Below, in pieces: positions 33,801 to 45,800 of a stretch of 64,000 nucleotides of DNA (position 1 is its first letter; the number at the start of each line of letters is the position of its first letter). The notes under the pieces are model-generated. The model made no database searches. It saw only the letters and a program-made list of their open reading frames with translations, and had not been told where the DNA came from. The position numbers and the translations under genes were made by a program. Origin of the DNA: Rhizaria sp. SCN 62-66 (taxonomy: Eukaryota); assembly GCA_001724265.1 (NCBI GenBank), contig MEDY01000081.1, positions 1 to 64,000 on the forward strand. The letters run 5' to 3'.

Positions 33801-36800
33801 CCCTCGGCCCGTGTCGCCGAGACCGCGACTCTGTGGCGCCCCGAGTACCTCTTCCTGCTCGACGACCGCTGCATCGACTCGCCATTCCCGTGCCCCGCGG
33901 CCCCCGCTCTCGCGGCGCGGCTTAACTTGCTGCAGCAGTGCGGCACTGTGTTGGGCACGTGCTCCAGTGCCGCGGCGGGGGCGCTGATCAACTATACTCT
34001 CAAGCCGAACCTTGTCCCCATCCCAAGCGCCGCCGACCTCTCCGGCCGCAGCGCCACCCCCTTAGACGCATCTAAGTGGCTGGACCCCGTCGAGCTGTAC
34101 GTGTGCGGCGAGCTTGACCGCCTGCGCGACGCACGCCCCTACAGCGCCCCGCCGATGCAGGACCGGGCGCTGAACGTGATCAGCACGATCTCGGCCAACC
34201 CGCTGCAGGCGCTTGTGCTGCCGCTGCTCGCGCTCATCGGCAACGCCGCTGTGCGCCGCAGGGACGGCCTGCTGCCGACCACGCACACGGTCAGCGCTGC
34301 GCACAGTTCGTTCTACAACAATAGCACGAAGAACACATGGCCCTCGTCTAGCTCTGCAAGTGCAAGCGCGAGTGCGAGGGACTCGATGGGCGATGATGCA
34401 GCGGCTGCGGCCGCGTTCGTGACTGAGGCCGACGCTTGGGGCCGTGCGTGGAGCGCGCTGCACACTCTGCGCACTGTGCAGGAGTGGCAGCTGTTCCCCC
34501 GCGTGTTTGCTTCACTCTCGCACACGCACGTGCACTCGACTACGCTGAGTACGAGCACTGGTCCTGGATCATACTATAGCTCCACGCGGCCGACTAACCA
34601 TCTCATCGGGACTGCTGAGCAGGCGCAGTCTCTGCTGACGCCGTGGTACGCCGACATTGAGGGCGCGAACAACAGCACCCCGTACCCGGTCAACATGATT
34701 TGCCTCGACGCGGACATCTACACGCCGACGTACCACGCAGGCGGCATCGGCACCGTCGTGCCCTCGCCCGCCGGGCCCGGCGCCGGCAGTCTCGATGTCG
34801 CCCGCCTCGTCTCCGTCGCTATCCAGATCGTCTCGCGCCTCGTCAAGGAGCGGCCCCCGCCGCCGCTGCCGCTGCTGCCCGACACGGCCGGCCCTTACCG
34901 CTCACTCGGCCTGTCGTGGCCGCTCGCGCTGTTCGAGTTCAGCTCGACACCAGGCACCGGCATCGCGGCGCAGACGATGCTGCTCGACCACGTCATGACG
35001 CTGCTTGCTGACGCGCTCCCGCCGCTGCCCGTCGACCTCTCTTATGAGCTCGCTGTCAAGACGGCCGACGTCAGGACGACGCGTGCGCGCGCTGCCGCCG
35101 TTCGCGCTCTGTCGCAATACCAGTCTGCGCACGTGATCACGCTGCTGATGGTCGCGCTCACGGTCAGGGACGAGCAGGCGCGATACATCGTCACGCGCGG
35201 CGTATGGGACCGGTCTCTGCTGCCGGCGAGTATCGCGCAGGCGTTCACGTTGCCCACTGAGAGTGGCGGCGAGGAGCCTGAGGACCCAGTGCTCCCTGAC
35301 CTCGCGTACACGTTTCCTTCGTCGTGCTACAACAATAGCGGCAACGCGAACACTGCTCGCGCTGATGCGGGTGCGAGCAAGGCTAAGCTCTCTAAAGCGC
35401 ATCTCTTCAAGGCGATTGCTACTGCGAGCACCGACTCCAAGGTCAACGTGCTGAACCTTCTCGTGCCACACATCCTCGCGCTTGCCTCCGCGCTCCGTGC
35501 CACGGCCCCGTTCGCCGCGCCGCAGCACGTGTCGTCGAACCTGCAGACCCGCGAGGGCGCGGCGGCGGCGCGGGCTGTGATGCGTCTGCTGCGGCACGAG
35601 AGCGCCGTGCCTGCGCAGCGCTCCCGCGGACAGCAGCCCTACTCGCGTCACGGTCGCATGGGTACGGCGTACGTGCTGCGTGTGCTGTGGATGCACGGAC
35701 AGGCGATGATGAAGACGCTCGTGTCGTTCCTCGAAGTGCTGATGATGACGATGCGCACGGTGCGCACGCAGAAGGCCGCGCTGGCTGAGGCGATGTTCGC
35801 CGCCGCTGAGCAGGCGCTCGAGGACTGCCCCGACCACGCGAAGCACTACGCCGGTATGGCTGCCTCAGTCGTCGCCTCAGTTAGCAAAAGCAACAAGGAC
35901 AAGTCGTCGAAGGCGAAGTCTAAGCGCTCGACCCCCAGCTCTAAGAACCAGGGGAAGAAAGCTGCGTCGAAGGGCAAGAGCAAGGGCAAGAATTTGAGCG
36001 GACTGCGCATGCTGCTCGACTCTGACTCGGAGGCTGACACGGATGCCGACTCCGGCTCTGAATCTGACTCTAACAGTGATGCCGAGTCGGAGACCAACGC
36101 GATGGACGATGACGATGAGCCCAAGAGCCCCTCAAAGTCTAAGGGCTCAAAGTCTAAGTCTAAGGGCTTGAACCCGCGGCTTGATCAGTCGTTGCTGCTG
36201 CCGGAGACGTCGACTTTCGCTCGTCAACAAGGCAGGAAGAGCAAGGCAACTAAGGGTATGAAGGCCAAGGCAAGTAAGGCTACTGCAAGTACTCAAAACG
36301 CAGCCTCGTTTGTTACGCCGAGCAAGAGCCGCAAACGTGCGGCCACTGACGCTCCAGTTGTTCCTGACTCTGACGACGATGATAACGATGACGACGATAA
36401 GGAGGCTGATGAGTCAGAGGCCAAGGTGACTGCTCCTGGCAGTACTAAGAAGGCTGCGTCCAAGACTAATAGCAGCGCCAAGAGCCCCGCTACAACTCCC
36501 GTCCGCCGTGTCCGCGCGACCAACGGCAGTAGTAGCGCTGCCGCAACTCCTGTTGCTGCCTCTGCTTCTACTGTCGCGACACCGCACAGCGCCCGTCGCC
36601 GCCGCCTCGCTTCTGCCACCGCCTCGCCCGCCGCAGCCTCTGGCTCGAGTGCGGTCGTCGCGTTACCGTCCCCCTCGCCCGCCTCCATCTCCGCCGCGGC
36701 CGCTGCGGCTGCGACGCCAATGCGCGCGACGCTGCGGCCCGGAGCCGGTGCGGGCGCTGGTGCTGGCGCTGGCGCCGGTGCGGCTGCCGCCAACGTCGCC

Positions 36801-39800
36801 GCTCTGCTGGCCCGCATCCGCAACAGCGGCCGCAGTAACAGCAACGCGGTCAGCAGTACCGGCGCCCGCGGCCGCAATACTGGCATCACTGTTTCTGCCA
36901 CCGCTGCCCGTGGCGCCCGCCCGTCGCGCGCCGACGCCGCCTCCGCAGCGGTGACCGCCGCTTTGACGCAGCCAGACACGATCCCCGTCCGCCGCCGCGC
37001 CCCCGCCTCGAGCGCCGCCAGCGAGACCGTCAGTGCCACTGTCCCCGCGAGCGCAAACAGCTCGAACGCGGCGCGGGTTGTCGCGCGGGCTGTTTCGCGC
37101 CTTCCCGCGCTCTCGCCTGTCGCAACCGCGGTCTTCAACGCCCGCGTCCGCGCCAACAGCCGCGCGGCCCCTGCAAGCACGAGCACCGCGGCTGCAAGCG
37201 CCGCCAGTCCGGCGCGCAGCAGCGCTGGCGTGACCGCGCCGTCCGCTGACGCCACCGCCCGCGCGGCCGTGAGCGCGCGCGCCATGCGCCTCGCCCGCCA
37301 GGCCGCGGCCGCGGTGCCCGGCCGCGACCGCGCACGGTTCATGCCCGCCGGCTCGCGCGCGCTGCAGGCGCTGATTGCGGTCCAGGCCGTGCGCCGCCGC
37401 AACGCCCCCAACGCGGCCGGCGCGAACAATGGCAACGCAAACGGCACTGGCGCGGCTGGTGCCGGCACGCCTCAGCGCAATCGCGCCAGTCCTAGCCGCG
37501 CCCGCTCGAGTGCGAGCGCGAGCGCGACTGTAGTGAGCGACAACGAAGACGACGATCATGACGAGAACCAGCAGCAGCCGCAGCTGGGCTCTGCTCGTGC
37601 CCGCGCTGGTGCACGTCGCCGCGGGGCTCTTGCCTCGCAGTCTCGTCGCGCTGGTAGCAGCAGCCGTGGCGGCGGCGCCCGTCGCCCGCTGCGCGCCATC
37701 CCGGCCTCCCGCGTGTCCCGCGCGCGCGCCCGCGTGACCGACGCGCAGGCCGCCGCAGCCCTTGGGCTCGACCCTGCCATGTCCCTCGGCCTCGGCCTCA
37801 CTGGCGCCACGAGCAACGCCGCAAGTGGCAGTGAGAGTGCGCTGAGCAGCATGTACGATGACGCCGGCGACGCCTCCGCGCGCGCTCTCGACCGGCGCCG
37901 CGGTCAGTACCTCCGTCTGCTGCGCTCCGAGCACGACGCCGGCGCCGCGGCCACCGAGTTCCTGGTGCGCACCGAGCAGGAGTCGGCGCCCCTGCCGGCG
38001 TTCGTGCCGCCCGGCACGCGCTTTCGCTGGCGCGGCGCCCTGTCCGGCGCGCTCGCGGCCACGGTGCACGGCATGAGCATGCAACCCATGGTGTTCCTGC
38101 CCGCCGAGCGGCTCACGCTGCTCGCGCTGTGTCAGTCGCTGCTCACTGCGCCGCTCACCGTCGCGCTGCCGTCCGTCGTGCGCTGCCTGTCGTCGCTGTG
38201 CTGCTCGGCCACCGTGGCGGAGCGGTTTGCGCGCGACAGCAGGGGCCTGGCGACGCTGCTGCAGGTGCCGGTCACGGCGGCCGCGATGCGTACGCCGCAG
38301 CTGCTGGCCGACGCGATGTGCTTCTCGTCGCCGTTCGAGAACGAGACTGCGCAGAGCACTGCGGCTGCGGTGCGCCGCGTGCTGCCGTCCCTGTACACGC
38401 TTGCCGCTCCCACCGCAAACGTCAGCTCTACGACTAAGAATGCGAGTGCAATGGTCGACAGTGCCAGCGACAGCGACGCAGCTGCTCCTCCCAGCGAGTC
38501 TGAGAGCGACGACGACATCGATGACAACGACGCTGGCGCCGGCAGCGCGAGTGCACACACCCGCTCGTCGGCCCCCCTCGCCCTGTGGTCCTGCTCCCCC
38601 GGCGGCTCGTCCGCGCTACTTTCGCGCTCTCTCTTCCGCCTCTTCACCAACCTCCTTGAGGACCAAGTGGAGCAGGTGTCGCACACCGAGCTCGCGATCA
38701 TGGCTGCGTTCCTTGCGCCCTTCACCGCGAACGCCTCCACCACCAACACGGGCCTCTCCGACACGTCTGCGTCGTCGCTGAGCTTCGACCTGTGCCAGTC
38801 GCTCACGGTTACTTTCAACCCCAAGCACCGCTTCCGCTCCCACGCCGCGATCCACGAGCTGCACGAGCAGGACGAGATGTTCATCGTCAATAAGCAGCCC
38901 ATCGTCGACCCGATCCCCTGTGTCACGGTCAATTTTGACGCCTTCTTCACCGTCTTTGGCTTTTACAAGCTGTTCCACTTCTCCCACAACAGCTTCTTCC
39001 GCGCTCTGTGCAACGTGCTCGAGTTTGAGTCCCTCGGCACCGTCTCCGACGTCGCCCCCGCGCCCGAGGCGGCGCTGCGCGGCATCCCGCCCGCTGTGCC
39101 GTTCCTCACCGTGCGCAACATGGCCGTGCGCGTGCGCCCGCGCCCCACGGCGCTGTACGCATACCTGCGCTGGCTCGATGGCATCGTCGCGCTCGCTGAC
39201 CGCGACTGGCTCAACATGATGCTCGCCCGCATTCGCGCAATCGCCACCGGCGAGGCCTTGCGCAGCGACCGCCTTGCCACGAAGACAGAGACTGCGGTTG
39301 CGATCAATAAGGCAGAGACTATGCGCAAGTCTGCTTCCAGGGCCGCAGCCACTGCCGCCGCGGGCTCGTCAAGCTCGAGTCACGGCCTCAGCCACGCACA
39401 GGCTACGGATAGACTGGCGTCGCCGATTCAGAGCAGGAAGCGAACCGCAACCGCTGCCTTTAACGGCAGCGCCGCTATGGCTGACGACGACGATGACGAC
39501 GATGAAGATGACGACAACGAGATCGTTCGTAGCCCGAAGTCTGCTGCTGATGTTGTTGCTGCTCGTCGTAGTGGTAAGAGTCCTGCCAAGGGCAAGAAGG
39601 CTGCTATTGCTACTGGCTCGGCGGTCTCTGGAGCCAACTCTAAGCGCATCGTTGTAGGTAAGGGCAAGGGCCTGGGTAAGGGTATCACACTTAACACCAG
39701 CTCTTTTACTCGCCCTGCTTCGGCATTTGCGTCACTCAAGCCTAAGGGCTCTAAGGGCGTCAATAGCGGCATCAAGGGCCTCCTGCGTTCGCTCAAGTCT

Positions 39801-42800
39801 ACCGCGGGCGCCAGCGCTAAGTCCTCCGCCGTTGTGCACGACGACGATAGCGACGACAGTGACAATGATGACGGCCTCAGCGAGGGCGAGACTGCGAGCG
39901 ACAAGATGCTTGCTCCGGGCACGGTGCTGCCGCGTGACGATGTAGTGTGGCTCTTCAAGTCGATGTTCGAGTCTGACGAGAGCGCATTCCCTCTGCCTCG
40001 CGCTACCACCGACGACACGAACGCCAACGACGCCAACATTGCGACCAACGCGCTCAATAAGCGCAACGTCGTCGGCGTTGACGCCGACTCGGGCGCCGTT
40101 GTTCTCGGCGACCGTGACCGCGGCGGCCGCTACCTCAACATCTTCGGGCCCCGCCCCTGCGGCGTCGCTCTCGGCACGCTGCGCGAGGCCTGCGAGTACT
40201 GTCAGGCGCACTTCCCTGTTCCCAGCTCCAGTGCAACGAGCGTGAGCGTCAGCCCGGTCAGTGGCTCAACTGCCGAGTCCCTGATCGATCCCAGCCCGGC
40301 CCCGTCCCGCATTCTGTCTCACGCACTGCGTTGCCAGATGCTGTCGCCGCATACAGCCCCGATCCACACGCTAGCGGCGCACAAGGGCACGCAGCAGTCG
40401 GTGTGGACCGCGCCGCTGCACGGCAGCTACGTTATGCACACGCTGTTGCAGCACGCCGTCACGCAGCTCGGCTACACCAAGCACGTCGGCTCGCTCCATA
40501 CCCGCGCCGCGCAGGCCGAGCTAGAGGAGACTACCGCGCTCGCCACCGCGGCCGCGCGCGCCGCCGTCGCGGGCGCAGTGTCCCCGCAGCAGCAGGCCCA
40601 GCTCGAGCGCGACCGCCGCCGCCGCCGCGGACTCGGCCTCGCGCGTCTTAACTTGTCGCCGCAGGACGCGTTGCTGACGGCCGCGCTGCCCGCGCCGCCG
40701 CTCGTGGCTGGCGGAGTGACGCTGCAAATCATCGCGGCGATCCTGCCGTGCTACCCCGCGTTCGCGGTGCAGGTGCTCAAGTTCAGTCCCGCGACTGTCA
40801 CCGTGCCCGTCACGGCGGCGCAGATTGAGCGCACTCTGACTGCCAACATCAAGAGTGGCATCGCTGCTCCGACCGTCTCCGCGAATGGGATTGCGAGCGC
40901 GAGCAGTATTGCGATGGGCGCTTCGCTGTCGTTCCGCCCCGCGCCAGCGTTCCCTGACACCGTCTCTTTCCTGCTCCACTCGCTACTGAACGACGTGCAC
41001 GGCCAACACCCCGACACGAGCACCGCGGCGACGCGCCTGTTGACGCAGCTCACCATGGTCGGCGGGCCCTCGGTGCCGCCCTTCCTGCTCCGCACGCTGC
41101 CGCCCACGCTGAGCCAGATCTCCGCGGGCGACCGCGACGTCGACGGCGAGGGTAAGTGGAACAAGGACAGCGGTCACGAGCGCCGCGGCGTGAGTCCCAA
41201 CAGCAAGAAGGGCAAGGGCAGCGGTAGAGGCAGTAAACACAGCAAGAGTGCTGCTACCTCCGAGGCCGCTGCTGCGAGCTCGACTCCTGCTCCTGCGCAG
41301 CCGCAGCCGCAGCCTGCTGGCTATGCCTCATGGCACCTTGTGTCGCCGAGCGCGCCCGCTCCCTCTTCGAGCAACAGTAGCAGCAACACGAACGCGAGTA
41401 GCTCCAGCAGCTCTAGCTCGGCATCGAGTGCGACCACTGCTGCGGGTACGACCCTGACTTCTCCCATCAAGTCAGCGCTCAAGAGCGCGAGCTCCAGCTC
41501 CAGCGCGACCAAGAAGTCTGTCCGCATCAGTGACAGCACTGAGACCAACACGAACTCTAGCTCAAGCTCGAGCTCGAGTGGCTCGAAGAGGCGCGGCAGC
41601 AAGCGCCGTCTGCGCCAGTTCCTGGCTCGGCCCATGGAGCACCTGCCGGGCCCCACCCGCCAGCACAGCCACATCCAGCCCGTGGGCCTGGGCGCGTTCC
41701 TCTCGCAGTGGGCGATGGCTGTCGTCAGCATCTGCACGCAGGGCTGGACTGCCACGATGCAGCCCGAGGCCGCACCCGTCGTCGACTGCTACTGCTCGTG
41801 CGCCGCGGACAGCGCTAACAGCGCCGCCCCTGTTGGCGCGGGTGGCATCAGTGCGCCGCTCGTTGCCGCTGCCACGGTTGCCTACGGCGCTGGCGCCGAG
41901 CACGCGCGCCGTCCGTTCCCGCTGCCGACGTGTCTGTTGCCGCCACACGAGCAGGCCGCCGCAGCGGCCGCTGCTGCTGCCGCCGCGGGCGCTGGTGCTG
42001 CTGCAGCCGCCCGCGCTGCGCGCCGTGCTCTGCGCCACGCCACCGCGACGGCGGGCAATCTGTCCCCGTCGTTCTCCCCTTCGTTCTCTCCGGCGTTCTC
42101 GCCCGCGTCTCCCTCGATGTCCGCCACAAATCCAAGCGCCGGCCCCGCGACTGCGAATGCGAACGTTGCAGGTGTGAGTGCACTCGGTATGACCGCCCCG
42201 GCGGCGCCCGTGTGCACCTGCTGCGGTCTCCGCGCTGCTCCCCCGGCCTCGGCCGCGCACGCCCACTCGATCCTCGGTCTCTACCCACACCACTGGCGCG
42301 TGCCGCTGACCGCGCGCGAGCTCGACGGCGCGCTGCACGCCATTGCGCTGCAGTCTCCGTTCCACCGCGTCGCCTCGGCCCCGCTCGCCGGGTCGCTCCT
42401 AGCCCGCGCGCGCGCCCAGGCCTCCGCGGTCGGCGCCGGCGCGCAGAAGACGCGTCTAGCGGTCGGCGGAATGTCGCTGTATAACAACCCCGCGCATGCC
42501 GTTTCACTGACGAGCACGGTCACCAACAATGTAAACGCAAGCGCGGCGACTGCCAGCGGCAGCGGTGCGAGTGCGACGAACATGAACACGTGCATCGGCA
42601 GCAGTTTCGCTGCTCGCGGCAATGCGAACAACAGTAGCAATAACGCTGCGGCTCAGACGACGACGGCCACGGTGGTGAACGCTGAGGCAGAGGCCGATTT
42701 GGCCCTCCAGAGCGCCATGATCTCGTGCTCTCTCGCTCTGCCAGGTCTACGCTACCTCCTGATCATTCTCGCGCAGCTTTGGCGCCAGACCCGTGGCCGC

Positions 42801-45800
42801 CGCGCTCTGTACCGCTTCCGCCGCGCGCTGTGCCAGAAGTTCCTTGAGCGCGGCGTCATCTTCGCGCTCTGCGTCACGCTGTACAACGTGCACCACCAGC
42901 CCATCATGCGGTCCGCGCTTAAGATCCTCGAGGCCGTGCTCAAGGTCGACGCCGCGAAGCCGATCAAGCTGCCACGCCGGGCCCGCAAGCACAAGGTCGT
43001 GCACCTGTACGTGCCCGGTGTTACGAACCCGAACGCCAACGCTCCCATGAACAGCATCGCGAGCAGCAGCAGTGCTTATAGCAGCGCTGTTGCTGCTGGC
43101 AAGTCCGGTCGCAGCGCGCGTGCTGAGGCTGCGGATGCTTCCCGTAGCTCAGCTAGTTCGAGCTCTAGTGCGACCAATGGATCAAGTCTGAGTGCAAGTG
43201 TGCAGGAGCGTGTAACGTCGGCGTCGCGCGACCTGTCGTCCCAGCTCGACTCCGTCTTTGTCAACAACATCTCATCTCTTCTCGGGAACAAAGACGCGAG
43301 GTCTAGCTCCGTCACGCAACCCTCGTCTGTCACCGAGGCTGCTGGTGCTACTGCCGCTGGCGTGACCCAGGGCGACCTGTCCAAGGCTGCTGCGAGCCGC
43401 CGTGAGGCGCGCCGCAACGCCAAGCCCGCCCCCGTCTTCGCCGCCGCTACTGCGGCCGCGAACGACACCGCAGCTGTCAACGCCAGTTCGACCGCAAGCG
43501 CAAGCGCGAATACCTCCAACGCGAGCAGCAGTCGCCGCAAGCGTCCCGCCCCTGGCTCGACTCCCGCAGTCGTGGCGGCCGACGCGAGCGCGGCCACTGC
43601 TACAGCTGCCGCGAAGAGCAGCAAGAAGTCAAGTCGCGCCCCTGCAACGACCGCTGACGCCAGCAACGTCAGCGCCAACGCGAAGTCGTCTGCTCCTGTC
43701 GTTCCCGTGCCCTTGCCTGCTTTGTCCCTCGACCTCCCTGCGACTGCGTCGACTGACGCTGCTTCTGTCGCGGCCGCCATTGTGGGCGAGGGTGGCACTG
43801 TCGGCGGCGTCGCTATTGTCGGCGCCCCGGTGGAGGGCGATTTCTTTGCCGCGGTGTCACCCGCTGCGCTCGCCGGCGGCTCTGACGACGAGCATGGCTC
43901 CGGCTCCGGCAGTGGCTCCAGCGCGAGCTCCAGTGAGGAGGAGTCGTCGTCGGCTGAGTCGGATCACGGCCACGACGACTATGATGACGAAGACGAGGAT
44001 GAGGACGAGGACGAGGACGAGGACGACGAGGTCGATATGAACGGCAGTGGCAGCACCCGCTCGCACTCGAGTGCCCGCGCTTTCGCGCGTGCCCAATCTA
44101 TCGCTGCCGGCGCCAATAGCGACGAAGACAGCGAGGACGATGAAGAGGACGAGGACGGTGAAGCTGACGACGAGGCTGAAATCGACAGCGCCGATGGCTC
44201 ATTGGCCTTTGACGACGAGGACGAAGACGAGGACGAGGTTGACTATAACAGCTCGGCCGCCCATCAGCCCGCCCGTCGCCGTGGCACCGGCAGTGGCCGT
44301 GACGGTCTGTCTTCGTCCAGTGTGTACAGCGACGACTTCGACTTCCTTGACAACCACAGCGACTACGCCAGCGACGAAGACAACGACGACGCCGACGCTG
44401 TCATCGACGGTGACGACGATGACGTTGCGATTCTTGAAGGCGACGACGAGGACGACGAAGACGACCACGACGACGACGGCCAGGGCGGCCTGTGGGAGGA
44501 TTCCTCCCTCTTCGCGCACCCCGACCACGACGACGAGGACGGCGAGGGCGACGTCGACAGCGTCTTCATGCCCGCCGACCTCGGTGAGGACGGCGAGGAG
44601 GGCGACCTGGCTGACGCCGGCATTCTTGACGCCCTCCGTGACTCGGACGAGTCCGACACCGACTACGGTAACGGCAACGGCAATAACGTCGACGGTCTCG
44701 ACGAGGCATTCAACCCTCGTCACCGTCGCCAAGGGCACAGCCGAAATCGCAGCAGCAGTGGCAACAGCCGCGCCGTCGACATCACTGCGGTCCGCGCGCT
44801 GCTGCCGCCTGACTCCCGCCGTCGCCGCCGCCGCTCCGGCAACGCTGACGGCATGGCCGCGGGCGACTCGCTCGCCTCTCTTGCTGCTGCTGCTGCCGCC
44901 GCCAACACTGACGACGCGGCCGCCCTCCGGCGCCGCCGTCGCCGCGACCGTGAGCGCGAGCGCGAGCGCGAGCGCGAGCGTGCCCGCCGCAGCAGCAGCA
45001 GCCGTCGGAGCAGCAGCCGCAGTGGCAGTGGCAGTGGCAGTCGCCGCCGCCGCTCCAGCTCCGGCGGCGCGGGCGGCGATAGCAACAACAGCAACGCGAT
45101 GCTTGAGCGCATGCTGCGCGCCGCGCTCGGCGCGCCGACCGGCGAGAGTGGCAGCAGCGGCAGCGACGACGACAACGGGCTGTCCGCGCTCTCGACGGGC
45201 CACGTGACCGAGGCGCAGCGCAAGGCCGCACTGCGCGCGGGCCGCCGCGAAGGTCGCTACGACGGCCTCGTGCTTAGCAGCGGCAGCAGCAGTGGCAGCG
45301 GCGGCGAAGGCGGCAACGGTGACGGCGACGACGCTGACGACGATGACGACAACGACGCTACCGCGGCCGCGGTCGCAGCCGCGCTCTCCGGCGGCGTCCG
45401 CGGCCGCGGGCTCGGCGGCGATGGCGCCGACGGCGAGGACGACGGAAGCGACTGGCCCAGTCCCCGCGGCGGCAGCAACCGCCACCGCCGCCGGCGCCTC
45501 GCTGGCGCCGCCCCTAGAGCAGTCGGTGAGGACGAAGACGACGCCGCCGAGCTCGGTCTCGGCGTCCTCGGCGCCGGCCCCGGTGACGGTGCCGCTGACG
45601 CGGACGCAGACGCGGACGCTGCTGGCGGCCGTCGCGGTCGCCGTGGCCACGGCCGCAGCCGCAGTCGCCGCGACGGTGACGACGACTTCGACGACGAGTA
45701 CGACGACGACGATGACGACGGCGACGGCAGCAGCGACGACGACAGCGACGACGAAGAGGAGGAAGAGGAAGATGAGGAAGACGGCGCGAGCCGGTACATG

